From: the human T2T-CHM13v2.0 reference genome, Homo sapiens
Assembly: GCF_009914755.1 (NCBI RefSeq)
Contig: NC_060938.1
Length of the DNA: 64,000 nt
Direction: 5' to 3' (one strand)
The notes below the pieces were generated by a model, which did no database searches, was not told the DNA's origin, and was given only the letters and a program-made list of their open reading frames with translations. Shown here piece after piece: positions 38,948 to 54,182 of the stretch. Within the stretch, counting starts at the first letter, position 1. Every line of letters begins with the position of its first letter. Made by a program: the position numbers and the translations under genes.

Positions 38948-41130
38948 AGTGGAGTATGAAGCTTTCTCATTCAAGCCAATGAAAATGCGCTTCCCATTCT
39001 TGGAATAAAAGAGGTGTGGTTCACATTTGGCCCCCTTTCCGTCCTCCTCTGTTTGGAGAGGCCTCGCGCTCCCTTCATTCTCTTTAGCTGCAGTAGCCAC
39101 CGTGTGGATGCTGACTTCACAGCCAGCGTCCTCTGTGACTCAGCTGATGCAGCTCATTCCACAGACTTCTCCAGTGTACTCCTACTCCAGTGCACCCAGG
39201 GTTATTTGCATAGTTTTTAAGTTTGATTTTGTTTTGAGAAAGCAAATTGGTGTCTTGTTTAATGATCTGTTATTTCACTCCCAGATGTGTGTGTTTTGCC
39301 ACAGAGCTGTTGCCTTCCAGAACCTCCTCCGCAGGCATCACGGAAGGCTCTCTTCCCGTCACCTAGAACCTCTACAGGTCCCCTCGCCCCTATGATCGTG
39401 GTGCCTTGGGTCAAAGCTTCCTCAAGCCTGGTCTGCTCCTTCTTTCACGTCCCTGTTTTCTGAGGTTTGGTCATAGCTTAGAAAGGATCTTGGGGCTTGT
39501 TTTCTCTAGGCCCAACCTCCAGAGTAGCCAGGACTGATGGTTTTCTGGTCTGGATGTCTGTCACAGGCGGAGAGATTAACAGATGACAGGGTTGAGGAAG
39601 CAAGCCTTTGTTATGAATTTTACTAATACAGTTCAAGTGAAATTTTCGTTCATGATTCTATTGGCACTAGAATTAGAATTTCAGTACTGTAGTGCTCACA
39701 GGGCTTCCTGGAGAACATTTGCCCGTATACTAGTCCCTTCTCTGCTGCCTAGAAAACAGACCGGGTCTCACCCCTGTGAAATCTTGGTGGTTTACGAAGT
39801 CCTCTGGATTTCTTGATATTATCAGGGATATTCATAAGCATATATCAAAAATGGACCTATTTTGATATTCTGTTATGAAAATGTTATTAGAACCCCAATA
39901 AATTATTATTTTTCCCCCTTGAATCTGCTAAAGAAAACAGATCCTGACTTAGCTTACTTGAAATAAGCAGGGCAGGGAGCCCTGTTTTGGAAGAGACAGA
40001 CTGTGGAAGAGATTACAAACAAGGCCCGAGGCTGCACGAATGATGAGTTTTGTGTATATAATGTTAATGTCCACCGCCACTTCCCTAACGACTATGAGAT
40101 CTTTTTTTTGAAGATCCTCATGGAAGGTTGTACAGAGCCCCACATTTGAGGGGAAGTCCTTTCAGTTGATATGAGATCTCTTTAACACCCCTCAGTCTAT
40201 GTAGGAAATGCCTTGTGATACATAGAGAACCCTCAGCTTCTCTCTGCCTCTGGAGGACCAAGGTCTTTCCTGACAGTCGGAGACACACCTTGATGTATGT
40301 TAATAAAAGCATTTCAGGCTGTGGGGCCACCATGTATATTAATACTCCTTATGTGTCCAGCATCTGTGTATTCATTCGAGTGCCCAATCCCTGGATGAGA
40401 TGAACTAGGCCTTATAAAAAGTCAAAGCCTCAAAGAAATGGCACAACCATGTTCTTCGGCACTCAGGCTCCTAATTGCAGATCCTCACGAAGGGTGGTAT
40501 GTGGAGCTGGAAGGTCTTGTGGCCACAGGACATGCTGGTGAGCCCTGAGCTGGCCTTGTGCAGAGGGCTCCGTTCAAAGGCTCGGGGTGTCTTTGAGGTT
40601 GTTTATCAAGCTGGGGAACTCTTCCAAGTCTGACAATGTTTCGAACCCTTTTTGCAAGGTTGCACTATTAGTATACCATCATGTCCGGAAAACTTTTAAT
40701 CTTCTCAAATATCTGATGTAACTACCAGAAAGTCCCTTACTTCCTATGACCAATCAGGACCAAGTCTTGGAGGTGATGTGTTACATTACGTGCAGCACAA
40801 TAGTACCGATCAGTTAACTCAGCGCTGAAGGGCTTGTTTTATGAAAGGTACTATTCCTTCTTTCACATTAACTGGAAACCTCTTTTTTTACCTGTTGTTC
40901 ACAACTAGTTTTCTTATTGACTGTATTGGACTGTCTCTTCTTGTAGAGACTGATTTTGGCCAACATATTAATGCATGTTTTATGCAAAACACAAATATGA
41001 TATTAGTTGCTTTTAAGGAGTTCTGGCATTGTATGTGCATTTTTGTAGAAATTGTTACTGGACTTATAATTACATACTTAACTCTGATCAGGTTTCTGTA
41101 AAATTTAAATAAAACCAATACAAAATAGTT
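38948..41130 (+). other. UBR7: UBR7 3'UTR (end approximate)
   Basis: Repeat-free unique sequence after the stop, ending near AATAAA 41108-41113 with a T/GT-rich tract downstream and Alus beyond. Confidence 0.75.
41108..41113 (+). terminator. Distal UBR7 polyadenylation signal AATAAA
   Basis: AATAAA preceded by TGTA elements and followed by T-rich sequence. Confidence 0.75.
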
Positions 41131-41198
41131 GCTTTTCAGATTGTTTTTAGTATATTTAAGTCTACACAGCCTCCCTCTGCAGGTTTTAAGAAAATGCA

Positions 41199-41839
<641 letters not shown>

Positions 41840-43578
41840 TCACCATACCCCCTGGGGTCTAATAATTGGGGTCTAGATGAACAGCAGAACAAAGCAATGG
41901 GCTGGGCTGTGACCAGTCACAGTGTTCAGGTACTGCTGCATGCAGAGGGAGAGAGGGCTGGAGCCCACATCCTGAGGAAAATGTGAGGTCCACCCTACAC
42001 AGTAGCCATTATTTCTAAGTAAATATAAAAGCAACCCAAAAAGCCAGTATAGTGGCCCATCTTTGGCCTCCCCACAACTCCTGCTACCTTGGATGTGGAC
42101 TTACGGTCATCACCCATGGTAAGTTCAGAGGCCAGATTGCAGAGGGCAGGGTGTGGGCTGCAAGAAGAGGCCACAGTTGGCACTACTGTGAGGGGACAAG
42201 GAGAGGGCGCGGCTGCAGAAGGCCAGTCCAGGGAGTTGCTTGTTGAAGTTCAGAGACACTTGGGCCAACGCACATTCTTAAGGTGGAGCCATTGCTGAGA
42301 GTGGACCGCAGGTGATGTTGGAGCTGTTAGAAGATGGGATAGGATGGGACAGAAGGACCACCAGACCTGGTGGTGGGGGATGCGGGTGAGGGTGTTGGAA
42401 TGAGGCCTCAAAATCGAGGGAGTTCCATAGGCAGCCTCCATTTCCCTGGGAGGTGGGAGGGGAGGAGTGAGCTGGAGCATGGCTCAGGTAAGAGGAGGTG
42501 GGGGGAAGGAGTGCGCTGGAGGGCGGCTCAGGTGAGAGGAGGGGGCGGAAAGTGGCCCCGAGGAGAACACGTTAAGGCTGACCCGCAGGACTCAGGCACA
42601 CCGAGCCACGGGAGGCTGGGGACCACAGGTACCACGGGGGCGTGGCTGTCTTCAGTCTCCCAAAGCTGAAGATGGACACACTGTTTATGGGTTGAGTTGG
42701 GCGGGGAGGATGGGTCGCAGCTGGGCATGGTGAGACGGCTGCCACCTATGGAAGCTGGGCCATCCTGGCAGGGGAGCAAGGAGGCCAGAGTTCCAGAGGA
42801 GGACCAGGGAGAGGCTCTGGACAGGAGGCGATCCGGCCTGAGAGCGGGCAGTGAGGTTAGCATTTCAAAGATGGAGATATTCTGGGGACAGGGGAGAGCT
42901 GTGCCATGGACAGGTAGCTGGAGACGGTCTAGGCAGCTACCAGGATGACACCAGGGATTGGAGGGAGAGGATGTTAGGTTGGAGCCAAAGCCTTCAGGAT
43001 ACGAAAGGAGTGACTGGGGGTGGCAGCTGCAAAGGTGGGAGCGGGACACTGGGCCGTGGGGGCTGGAGAGGTGCTGGGGTGTTAGAGACGTCACCCGCCG
43101 CCCTTCCTGACACAGAGTCCGTGGAAAGAGCGAGAAGGAGCCCACGTCCTGGGAGAGGGCTAAGTGGGCGAGGAGGAGCTAGGAGGGCAGCCAGGACAGG
43201 AGGCAGGAGGGGAGGGGTAGGAGCACAAGGACGCTGGCACTGGGGGGCAGGGAGGACACCCTGAGCAGGCTGGAGAAACAACCGTGGGTGCGATCAGGGG
43301 ACTTCTGTAGGAAGAAGGCTGGCGAATGACTCGGGAGAGCGGGATTGGCAGGCACAGGGTCACCTGACTGCAACTCTGCAAAGAGCCCAGTCCCATCAGC
43401 CCCGGGAATGGTGGGATGCTGGGGGCACTGAGTTCTCTCGGGATCACTTACAGCTGGACTTCCCAGGGACTCCCCAGGGATTTCAGTGGCTCCGTTGGAA
43501 CATGGAGAGATGGGAAGAACAATTGCTTTTAGTTCAGTCTCAGAGGGCAGGGAGGCATTTATGGTGCATCTGCTAGAA

Positions 43579-43880
43579 CAGGGGGCCCACGGTACCGTCC
43601 ATGGCCCGTTAGGATCGGCGCCACACAGCAGTAGGTGCGCGGCGAGAGTTATCGCCTGAGCTCCGCCTCCTGCTAGATCCGCGGCAGAATTAGATTCTCA
43701 CAGGAGAACTCTATTGAGAACTGCGCATGCGAGGGATCTAGGTTGCGTGCTCCTTATGAGAATCCAATGCTAAAAGTAATGCGCTTGAATCATCCCGAAA
43801 CCACCCCCCCGACCCCTGTCCGTGGAAAAATTGTCTTTCATGAAACCGGTCCCTGGTGCCAAAAGGGTTGGCAACGGCTG
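43579..43880 (+). mobile_element. MER1A/B hAT-Charlie DNA transposon relic
   Basis: CAGGGG...GCTG ends; diagnostic CTGCGCATGCGAGGGATCTAGGTTGC and GAAACCGGTCCCTGGTGCCAAAA; degenerate 8-bp TSD TGCTAGAA/TACCAGAA. Confidence 0.88.
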
Positions 43881-45108
43881 TACCAGAAGATTCCAGAGAT
43901 GGAGGATATTTGTGGAGCTAGCTAAATGAAGGGTAAGGAATTCCAGGAGAGTACAGGCGTCAACAGGTGCCCACAGGACCCCGCAGCAGCCCTCCAAGGT
44001 GGGTATTGAGGAGGAGTTTCTTCACCTGAGCCTGAGGATGAGAACTATTGCACACGGTGACTTGAGGATCGCGAGTCAGACATGGAAATTTCGCGACCAG
44101 CGCTCAAGAAGCGCACTCGCATCATCTCCAGCTTAAGGATGAGGAGACTCAGTTAGGCGCTTTGCCCCAGCTTCCACAGCCAGGAAGTGGCAGAGGCAGG
44201 CCCAGCCCTGGCCCTGCCCTGGCCCTGCCCTGCAGGCGCCCCGAGGATCCCCCAGTCCGTGCCTTCCTCCCTCCTCCCAGGCAGGCTTTCCTGGCTCCGC
44301 CTCCTCACCCTCTCTGAAGACCCCCCGACAGGCCAGCAGCGGGCACAGGAACACTCCCCAAAGCTTGGAGACAAGGCATGACAGCCCAGAATCCAAGGCT
44401 CTGCTAGATGAGGCTCAAAGCAGCGGCGAGCTCTCCGAGGGACACAGCTTAGTCCCAGGCCGGGGGAAAGGCACCGGGCTGGCACTGGGAGGAAATGGAC
44501 GTGGTTGTACGGAACTGGTGAGCTCTGGGTTTCAGAGACAGAATAAAAAAGGGTCCATGGCCAAGAGGTTTGGAGACAGAACAGATGGACCTGTTGGGTG
44601 GGCCATGGAGCTAAACTCCAGACTGGGGTGACGCCCGTGAGAAACCCCAAGACCGTGAGTGCCATGTATAAAGCCAGCTGTGGAGCAAGGACAGTTAGCT
44701 GACCACAGGGAGCGTGGAAACACATGACTGGCTTCCACACTTTCTGTGAGAGGACAGCCTTGAACACGCAGAGCAAAAGCAGGCGAGCACGGGCGGAAGG
44801 AGCCGGGAGGCCCTGAGGACGTGGCCTGGAAACTATTCACAGCACACCGCAGGCAATCTATGCAGGACGACCGACGACCGAGAGAGAGACACGGGCCCCA
44901 ACGCCAGAAACGACCATATATCTCAATTCATTTGCTTTTGTACTTTTAGGTGGGGGATGGTAGATTCTGGAAACTATGGACTGGTGACCTGACAGGTGTC
45001 CCCTAGAGGCTTCTAAAACAAACTAGCAGCTACTGTGGAATGATTTCTGAACCCCAGGAGAGAGGAGCTGAAAATAGGAAGTGAGGAGTCCTTAAGAACA
45101 AATGGTGC

Positions 45109-45521
45109 GACCCAAATGCCCATCAACAGTAGACTGGATAGAGAAAATGTGGCACATGTACACCATGGAATACTATGCAGCCATAAAAAGGATGAGTTCA
45201 TGTTCGTTGCAGGGACATGGATGAAGCTGGAAACCATCATTCTCAGCAAACTTACACAGGAACAGAAAACCAAACACCGCATGTTCTCACTTATAAGTGG
45301 GAGGTGAACAATGAGAACACATGGACACAGGAAGGGGAACATCACACACCGGGGCCTGTCAGAGGGTCGGGGGTTAGGGGAAGGACAGCATTAGGAGAAA
45401 TACCTAATGTAGGTGACGGGTTGATGGGTGCAGCAAACCACCATGGCACGTGTATACCTATGTAACAAACCTATACGTTCTGCACATGTAACCCAGAACT
45501 TAAAGTATAAAAAAAAAAAAA
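45109..45521 (+). mobile_element. 5'-truncated L1PA (L1PA7/8-like) 3' end with poly(A)
   Basis: Canonical L1PA ORF2 end and 3'UTR (...ATACCTAATGTAG...CCAGAACTTAAAGTATAA); TSD AAGAACAAATG(G/A)TGC at 45094-45108 and 45522-45536; TT|AAGA endonuclease site. Confidence 0.92.
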
Positions 45522-45599
45522 AAGAACAAATGATGCAGAGCCGACTTCCTTCTCCTGTTGATAAGTCAACCAGCTTCCCAGGGGACGAGGGAAGCCTAT

Positions 45600-47490
45600 G
45601 TATGTGACAAGGTCTCTCATGACTGGCCCACAAGATGACAGTAATGATGACCCCATCCAGCTTCCAGGGACAGCTCGGTCGGGTCTCCTCACTCCTCAAA
45701 CGCCTTCAGTTTCCCTCCTCTCCACCACTAAGCTACTCAAAAAGGCTGTCTACACAGATCATCTCCACCTTCTCACCTCCCACTCAGACTCGCATCTGCC
45801 CCACCTGGCTTCTCTCTCCAGCTGCCGCCAAACTGCTCTTCCAAACACCTTCACCTTGAGGCTGACCCAACCCGCCTTAGGGGCCTGATCTTCCAAAACC
45901 TCGGAACAGCAGCCACAGGGTTAACTTTTGGATAGCAGTGAAATTGAGCCTTAATCTCTTACCTTTAATTAACTTGAAAAAGTAATACCTGCATATCATT
46001 TAAACACTCAACCAGAACAAAAAGGATGCCATTAATTGGCAGTTGCATGTATTGTCAATGACCCTCTCCAGAGGGAGTCCTGTGCACATTCTTGCAGATT
46101 TTTTTTTTTTTTTTTTTTGAGACTGAGTCTGTCTCTATTACCCAGGCTGGAGTGCAGTGGTGCAATCTTGGCTCGGTGCAATCTCGGCTCACTGCAATCT
46201 CTGCCTCCTGGGTTCATGCGATTCTCGTGCCTCAGCCTCCAGAGTAGCTGGGATCACAGGCCCCTGCCACCACACCAGGCTAATTTTTGTATTTTTAGTA
46301 GAGATGGGTTTTCACCATGTTGGCCAGGCTGGTCTCGAACTCCTGACCTCAAATGATCCACCTGCCTTGGCCTCCCAAAGTGCTGGGATTACAGGCGTGA
46401 GCCACCGCGCCTGGCTGCAGAAATGTTTATGTATGTATTTGCATTCATTCCTTTTTTTTTTTGTCTTCTCTCCAAGTGGGAGCATATGGATGCATTATTT
46501 TGTATACTGCTTCTTTCACTTCATTTATTCTAAAGATCACATTCCCTCTTTTCTCAAGTTGTCCCAGCCTGGTCTTCTGTGCAGCACACTGCTGGTTTTC
46601 TTTCTGTCTGCTAGGCTGCCCTTGGCCAGCAACTCCCTCCAGCTGGCTTGGAAAGGTTGGAGTCCCCCAAGTTCATCATCCAGGCCCTCTTTCATCTTCC
46701 TTTAAACCTTTCCCCTAATCACACCATCTACTCCTAAGGCTGTAAGTGCCACCCATATATGTGGACAACCCCCACACAGCCTCCAGCTAGAATCCTTTCC
46801 TCTGACTCCCAGCTGACACCTAGTTGCCACCTAGTAGTTGGCTGCCTGGCAATCATTCCCGCGTCAACATGACCAACACTAACGCCATCTTCCCCCCAGA
46901 GCTGGCTCCCCCTCCTTTCCCACACTGAGCAAGCACCTAGTCACGCAGACACGGCACCGTCAGCAGATTCCGAATCTGTTCTCTTTGTTGGCTGCTTGCA
47001 GCTCTCCCCTGGACGGCTACGGCAGCCTCCCGTCTGGACCTCTCAATCTACTCCTGCTTCTTTTCAACCACTGCCCATGCAATAGCCAGAGTGATTTGGA
47101 GCATGCAAATCTGGTGAACCACCCCAGCCCTAGTAGCTTTTGAGTTGCCATTATAGCCAACTTCAGAAGCCTCACCCTGCCCTAGGAGGGTCCCACACCC
47201 CCTCTCACTCCCCTGAGCTCTGTCCAGGCTTGGTCTCTCCATGGAGCCCTCCCTCCCCACTCCTCACCCTGTTGCTCGTCTCTTCCTTCACCTGCACCTT
47301 CAAGGTCACTCCCACACAAAGCCTTCCCACCCCTGGGACCAGTTAGACATCGAGCCTTACCTGTGTAGTTCTTCAATGTCTTTTCTTCTTGGAAACTCAA
47401 ACATTTTTTGAGTGGGACTGTGACTGTTTTGTTCATGACTCTGCTGTCTCAGCATCTAGCAATGTTCGGAAAAACGGACTGGATGAACAA
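45600..47490 (+). mobile_element. Degraded L2 fragments, interrupted by an L1 relic and an Alu
   Basis: Pyrimidine-rich L2-like motifs (CATCTCCACCTTCTCACCTCCCACTC; GCCAGAGTGAT...CAAATCTG). Confidence 0.5.
46099..46415 (-). mobile_element. AluS with a 16-bp internal tandem duplication
   Basis: GGTGCAATCTTGGCTC GGTGCAATCTCGGCTC. Confidence 0.9.
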
Positions 47491-47589
47491 CTGATTGCCA
47501 TCCTTGAACCTGCTTCCACCTGTTGCACATTAGAGTCCCCCCCACCCCGCCCGGACCACCGGACTTCCTGATGCGCAGAACAACACAAC

Positions 47590-47750
47590 GGCTGAGGACT
47601 GGGGTTCTGGAGCCAGGCTACCTGGGTTTGAGCCCAAGTTCTGCCAACTTTCTAGCTGTGTGACCTTGGACAAGGTGCTCAGTATCTCCGGGCTTTTCTC
47701 TTTTGTAAAATGGCACAAATAATAGTACTTAATTCACAGAGGATCAAAGG
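47590..47750 (+). mobile_element. MIR
   Basis: CCTGGGTTTGAGCCC...TAGCTGTGTGACCTTGGACAAG...TGTAAAATGG. Confidence 0.75.
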
Positions 47751-47763
47751 AAGGAGTTCCTAA

Positions 47764-48903
<1,140 letters not shown>

Positions 48904-49472
48904 AGAGCTCTTTTGTAGCAATTTTAAAAAATGGAAATTAGAAAACTTTCCATTTTGCGTTTTTTTTTTTTTTTTTCCAGAATCCTAGACTCTAGACCAT
49001 GATCTCATTTCCTTTTGAAATTGAAAATATTACTGAGCCTGGGTGTGAAAGCAAAGGCAAAGCTCAGAATCTAGGCCAGGTCTCTGACCCTCGAAGGGCC
49101 CTGAAGAGCAGGACACATCCAGGTGCCTGGTTCACGTGGGTGCCATGCTGAGCTTCCTGCAATCCTGAAGACCCCTGTGAGAGGAACTTTCCGCTCAAAT
49201 TTGTAAAATAAAATTTCTCAGAAATGTCTCAATGAAATAATAGAAAATAATGAACTTGATGATTCAGAATAAAATGTGTGATTTCCGAGAAAACGATGAT
49301 GATGATGATGATAAAATGCCTCTGAATGATTGAAATCCTAGAAACAGAGAAAATCAACCTAGAAAACCTCCCAATTCTACCCTCCAGGGGTGCAATGACT
49401 TCTATAATTGAAGACTATATGCTCCACTGCTAAAACAGACTGTATCCAACTCAGCAGATTCTATACAAGCCA

Positions 49473-49478
49473 TTTATT
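49473..49478 (-). terminator. BTBD7 distal polyadenylation signal AATAAA
   Basis: TTTATT on + strand at the end of the unique UTR block. Confidence 0.7.
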
Positions 49479-52400
49479 TGAAATGCCAACTATATGTAGG
49501 ATAAAGTCAGTGTTACATGCTTATCAGTAACAGTAGAAAAATAGAAGCAGTGAAAACCTCTGTACAACTGTAATGGTACTCAAAAGAGAAATGTATCGTT
49601 TTACAATGCTTCACACAGACGAATTCAAGTTTGGAGGTACCTAAATAAAAATACTATATATTTCTTTAAAAATCACTATGTACAATTGAAGCGTAAACAA
49701 GTTTTACAAAGTACTGGTTATGCAGGTTGTAGAAAACACTTGCATAGGACATGAAATCAGTTTAAGAAAAATTTCTGAGCCTTTAGCATTGAAGGCACTT
49801 GACTTTATACCAGTAACAGCACAACCACAAGAAACGCAGTGTTGTAGATGATTTTCCACCTCTCTGAAGTACAGATGTGGTGCATACACAGCAAGGAGAG
49901 TTCAGGAACCTTTATCTCTCAGCCACCCCATCGAAGAGCAGGACTTGGTACCGCCTGCCCATGTAACCCAGATACAGTTACATGTAGGTACAGATGATGA
50001 AGCTTCCAGAGCTTATCTGATCTCTTAGACAGAACTCACATAAACACACAAATACAAGAGGTTATTTTCAAGACACACACTTGCAAGTAATCTTTCTATA
50101 GAAATGGCCACAGCATTATAATATTCAAAATATGGAAGATTGACAGTCTGAGGATTTTCTAGAGGAAAAAAAAAATCAAAGGACTTGCCAAAAGGATAAC
50201 TACATAACAGATATGACAATCTACAGGACAAAAAGACAACATGTCACCAAATATTGTTCATACAACAGCGTTAATGGAAAACAGTAAAACACCTTTTAGC
50301 AGTGTGCATGTTAAGTCTTTTAGTAAGATTATCTGTAATGAGGTTTGAAAGTAAATCACTTAGTAGACAAAGTAAACCACCACAGAACCAGGAATAGCAC
50401 CCATCACTGCTGCTTTGTCACTCCAGAAAGCTGAAAGTCAACCGAACAATGAAAAAAAGTCAAAGAAGCATTTCCCTTTGAATTCAGTCCTAAAAATATG
50501 AATGCCTTATAATTAATTTCAAAATAAGTATCTTACAAGTGTTTCATGAAACATTGTTTTCCTAAAAGGCAAATTCAACATTATGAAAATATATATTTTG
50601 CCGGGTAGTTACTGAGAAATGTCAATCCTTTCAACTCTAGAGAATGATGCATGGAGGTCGGCTTTGAGCCCCACTGCCGCTGGCGCGTGTTTCCAATTTG
50701 CCTTCTGCATCGGCACCTTAATGCAGATGTACAAGGACTAAGCTCATTGCTAGAATGGCAACAACAAACCAAAACAAAAATCCAATGAAGGATGGCAGAT
50801 GCAATAAAAAGTTTCTGAGGAAGCAAAAACAAGAATTAGTTAAGGCTTCATAAAGAATTCTATAAGAAGATTTAAATGTCAAGAATTCACTGAAAAGCCT
50901 CAAAGCCTAACGGGTTATTGCGGTGTCAGGCTAGCTGAGGTCTAGTGACATGTTCCCAGAAATAAAGCTAAAGGGGGCATGTGAGAACGGGCGTGGAAAA
51001 TTGAAACAATTACGTTTCAAATACTTTTTGCCTTTCATGATGCTGTTTTTTCCTTAGGAGCCACGGGTGACTCTGAACTTCAATTATTCATCAAAATCAC
51101 AAAACTAAAACAATAACATAAGAAAAAAGACCAACAGCATCTTTAAGAAACTTGAACGTCCTCTCGGCTCTAGCGTGTAAACGGTAGGTCTCTAACCTCA
51201 ACGCACAGCGGGCACTGGAAGCGGTGATTGTCCAAAGGCCTGATTGTCCATGATCTCAAAAGGAGATCTGGTATTTTTGTGATTTGGTTCTCATTAAATT
51301 CCTATACCAAGTAAAATGCCAGTTCCCATGGCCTAAATTTTATTTTATATATATATATGCTTTTTTTTTTTTTCTGAGAGCAACCTTACTCAGACTTCAC
51401 ATTTATCTTAGTACAGCATTAAAAAAGATTTAATAGATGGGTTCAAAAGCCAGAGGCATGTAGCTCTTGAACCTACCCTAGTAACCATACTTCACAAGAT
51501 ACATTAAAAGTCCACTAACACCTAACCTAACGCACACAAAACCCACGCCTGTTTACCTTCTGCAAGTCGCATCGGTCCGCAATCCCACAGATTAAAGCAA
51601 GTTTTCCCTTTATACGCAAAGTTTTAGCCAGGTAAGCTATTGTATGATTAAAAGCAAACTTTATAAACTAAATAATCTTAGGAATAGTGGCCACTTACTT
51701 TTATATTTCAGGGATATGAGAGAATAGTTCATGAATTTTCAGAAAAATGAATGTGTGGGATCAACAGCTCTGGTCTAACATTTGCGGGGGGGGAAGGGTC
51801 AGGGATGAGAGTTTTTCTCCCCATCCAAATTAGGTCTGTTGAGTCTTACTTGCAGTACCGGCGCAGTACATGAACATGTCAACATACATATGTGGCAGAA
51901 ACACACATCAAGGAACATGACGGCATTCACTTTTGTTTCTGAAGACAGACAGAGACTGGGCTTCAAAAGACACCGTCTTCTATTATGAGTCAAACTTCTT
52001 ACAAATGAGAACAGAGGCCTATGCTTTTCTCTTTAAAAAAGGAGCCTCGAATGCGATGCACAGCCGACCTGCAGATTAGTGTTAACTCTGGGAGCTCGGG
52101 AGCGTGCACCACCACCAGCGTCACCGAGCGCACCCGCACAGCAGCTAACCAGTCAGGCAGCAGAACGAGTGGCGGCAGTTTGCCGGGGCGTGCAGACACA
52201 CGACATGTTTCCCATCTTGGAGACTATCTACTGTTCGGCTTTTCTAAAATGTCAGATTATTCCTGAGTGTATATCCACAGGGTAAAGGAGGAAAAGACCG
52301 TAAGAGAAACTATAGTTTTGGGAGAAATCAGCGTTGTTGACACCCAATAGAAAACCTATTTACTTCAAAGTGCATGTAATTCATTTACCCGGTAGCTCAT

Positions 52401-53058
52401 AAACGCTCCCTAGCCCTGCATAGTTTTCGAGTGAGTGTGAGTGATTCATAGTTTTTTATATATATACATACATAGAAAAGAGGATCCCAAATATCCTGCA
52501 GAGGAAGGAATGCTTAGAAAGCCTCTTTTCTTCTAAGTGCTACGGCTGTGTGTTTATGTGTTTGTAAAAATACAAAGTAAATGCTCAAATAATGTTGAAG
52601 TGATTTAAAAACTCAAATACTCATATATTTACATTGGAGAGTAAGAAAAAAAACAGTCCTTAGCTCACACATTGCCCTTCCAAGGGAGAGGATCCTGAAA
52701 GACCCCATGTGCTCAGTGGTTTAGTAAATGCCAAACCAGCGTCCCAGTGGAGTTCAAGTAGGACATGTAGTGTTTAACTGAAAACAATTTTTTTCCTTTT
52801 TTCTGTTGGTGAGAAAGCATTATGCATTACACAACACCAAAATTTAGTCATATTTTGAAAATCGTTTAAAAGAAAACGTATCTTTACAAACACCAAATAA
52901 CATCCATGAGACTGAAGCCCTTTTGTTTTTTTCCCATAGAGAGCAAGACAATTAAAGGCAGCAAGCAGTCAGTTCCGCCATCACAGCTGGAGAGTTGACG
53001 CTCAGAACCAGAAATTCTGTCAGTGTGACCTTTAAGTTACTTCTCTATTTCCACTGCC

Positions 53059-53372
<314 letters not shown>

Positions 53373-54182
53373 TAATTCCAAGGGATGCGATCTGTTTAGA
53401 GCCTCATCTGGTGCCTCTAATCCTTATGACCAGAATGTGCAGGGATTCTGACTGCATCCACACTGTGGAAATGTAACAGCTTTAGCCTGGGCACAGAAGG
53501 CTTTTCTCTTTCCTGTTCTTTCCTGAACCAGCAAACTTCAGGACCCTGACTGGACTCCCGCTGGAGGAATGAAGCCCAGCTCCTAGGACTTATTAAAAAA
53601 AAAATGACATTAGATTTATGGAGGCTGAGCGGGAAGATCTCTGAACTAAAACAATTACTGAAAAGAGAGGAGCATTCTGATGTGCTGTTCTTTGGAATTT
53701 CTATAATTAAAAAATAAACACAGAACTATTTCGTAAGAAAATACATCTTAGTGTGCAATCCAATGCACATGGATTGGTAGATGAAAGGTAAAATGCAAAA
53801 AAGTATGAAAATACAGTCCTTTAAATGTGGCAATAAAGTTTAACATACTGATATAAAATCAATACAGAGAAAATAAATGTACAAGTGCAAAAAAATTCCA
53901 TCATTTGTAAAGAGAAATAAAAAGTGCCAGCCTGCTTGTTCTTAAAAATGCCTCCCGACATAATTGTTCAAAGACAAATTAGACAGATGCAACATTAAAA
54001 AAAAAAAACAAAACCTTCTTAGCATGCCATGTCTAATAAACACATATATACACAAAAACTAGAACAAAATCATGTGAAACCGAGTTATCAGCTGGCATTG
54101 ATGAACTGGTCTGTAAGTTGTTGGGTTACATCATAAAATGGGATGTTTCACATCTCAGGCACAGACGACTTGGAGGTTGCTC

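Noticed and set aside
42528-44776. 205-aa and 207-aa minus-strand ORFs in the intergenic gap
   Set aside because: Non-ATG starts, no recognisable domain, GC-rich background
45116-45307. ORF resembling the L1 ORF2 C-terminus
   Set aside because: Part of a ~0.4-kb truncated L1PA; not an autonomous element
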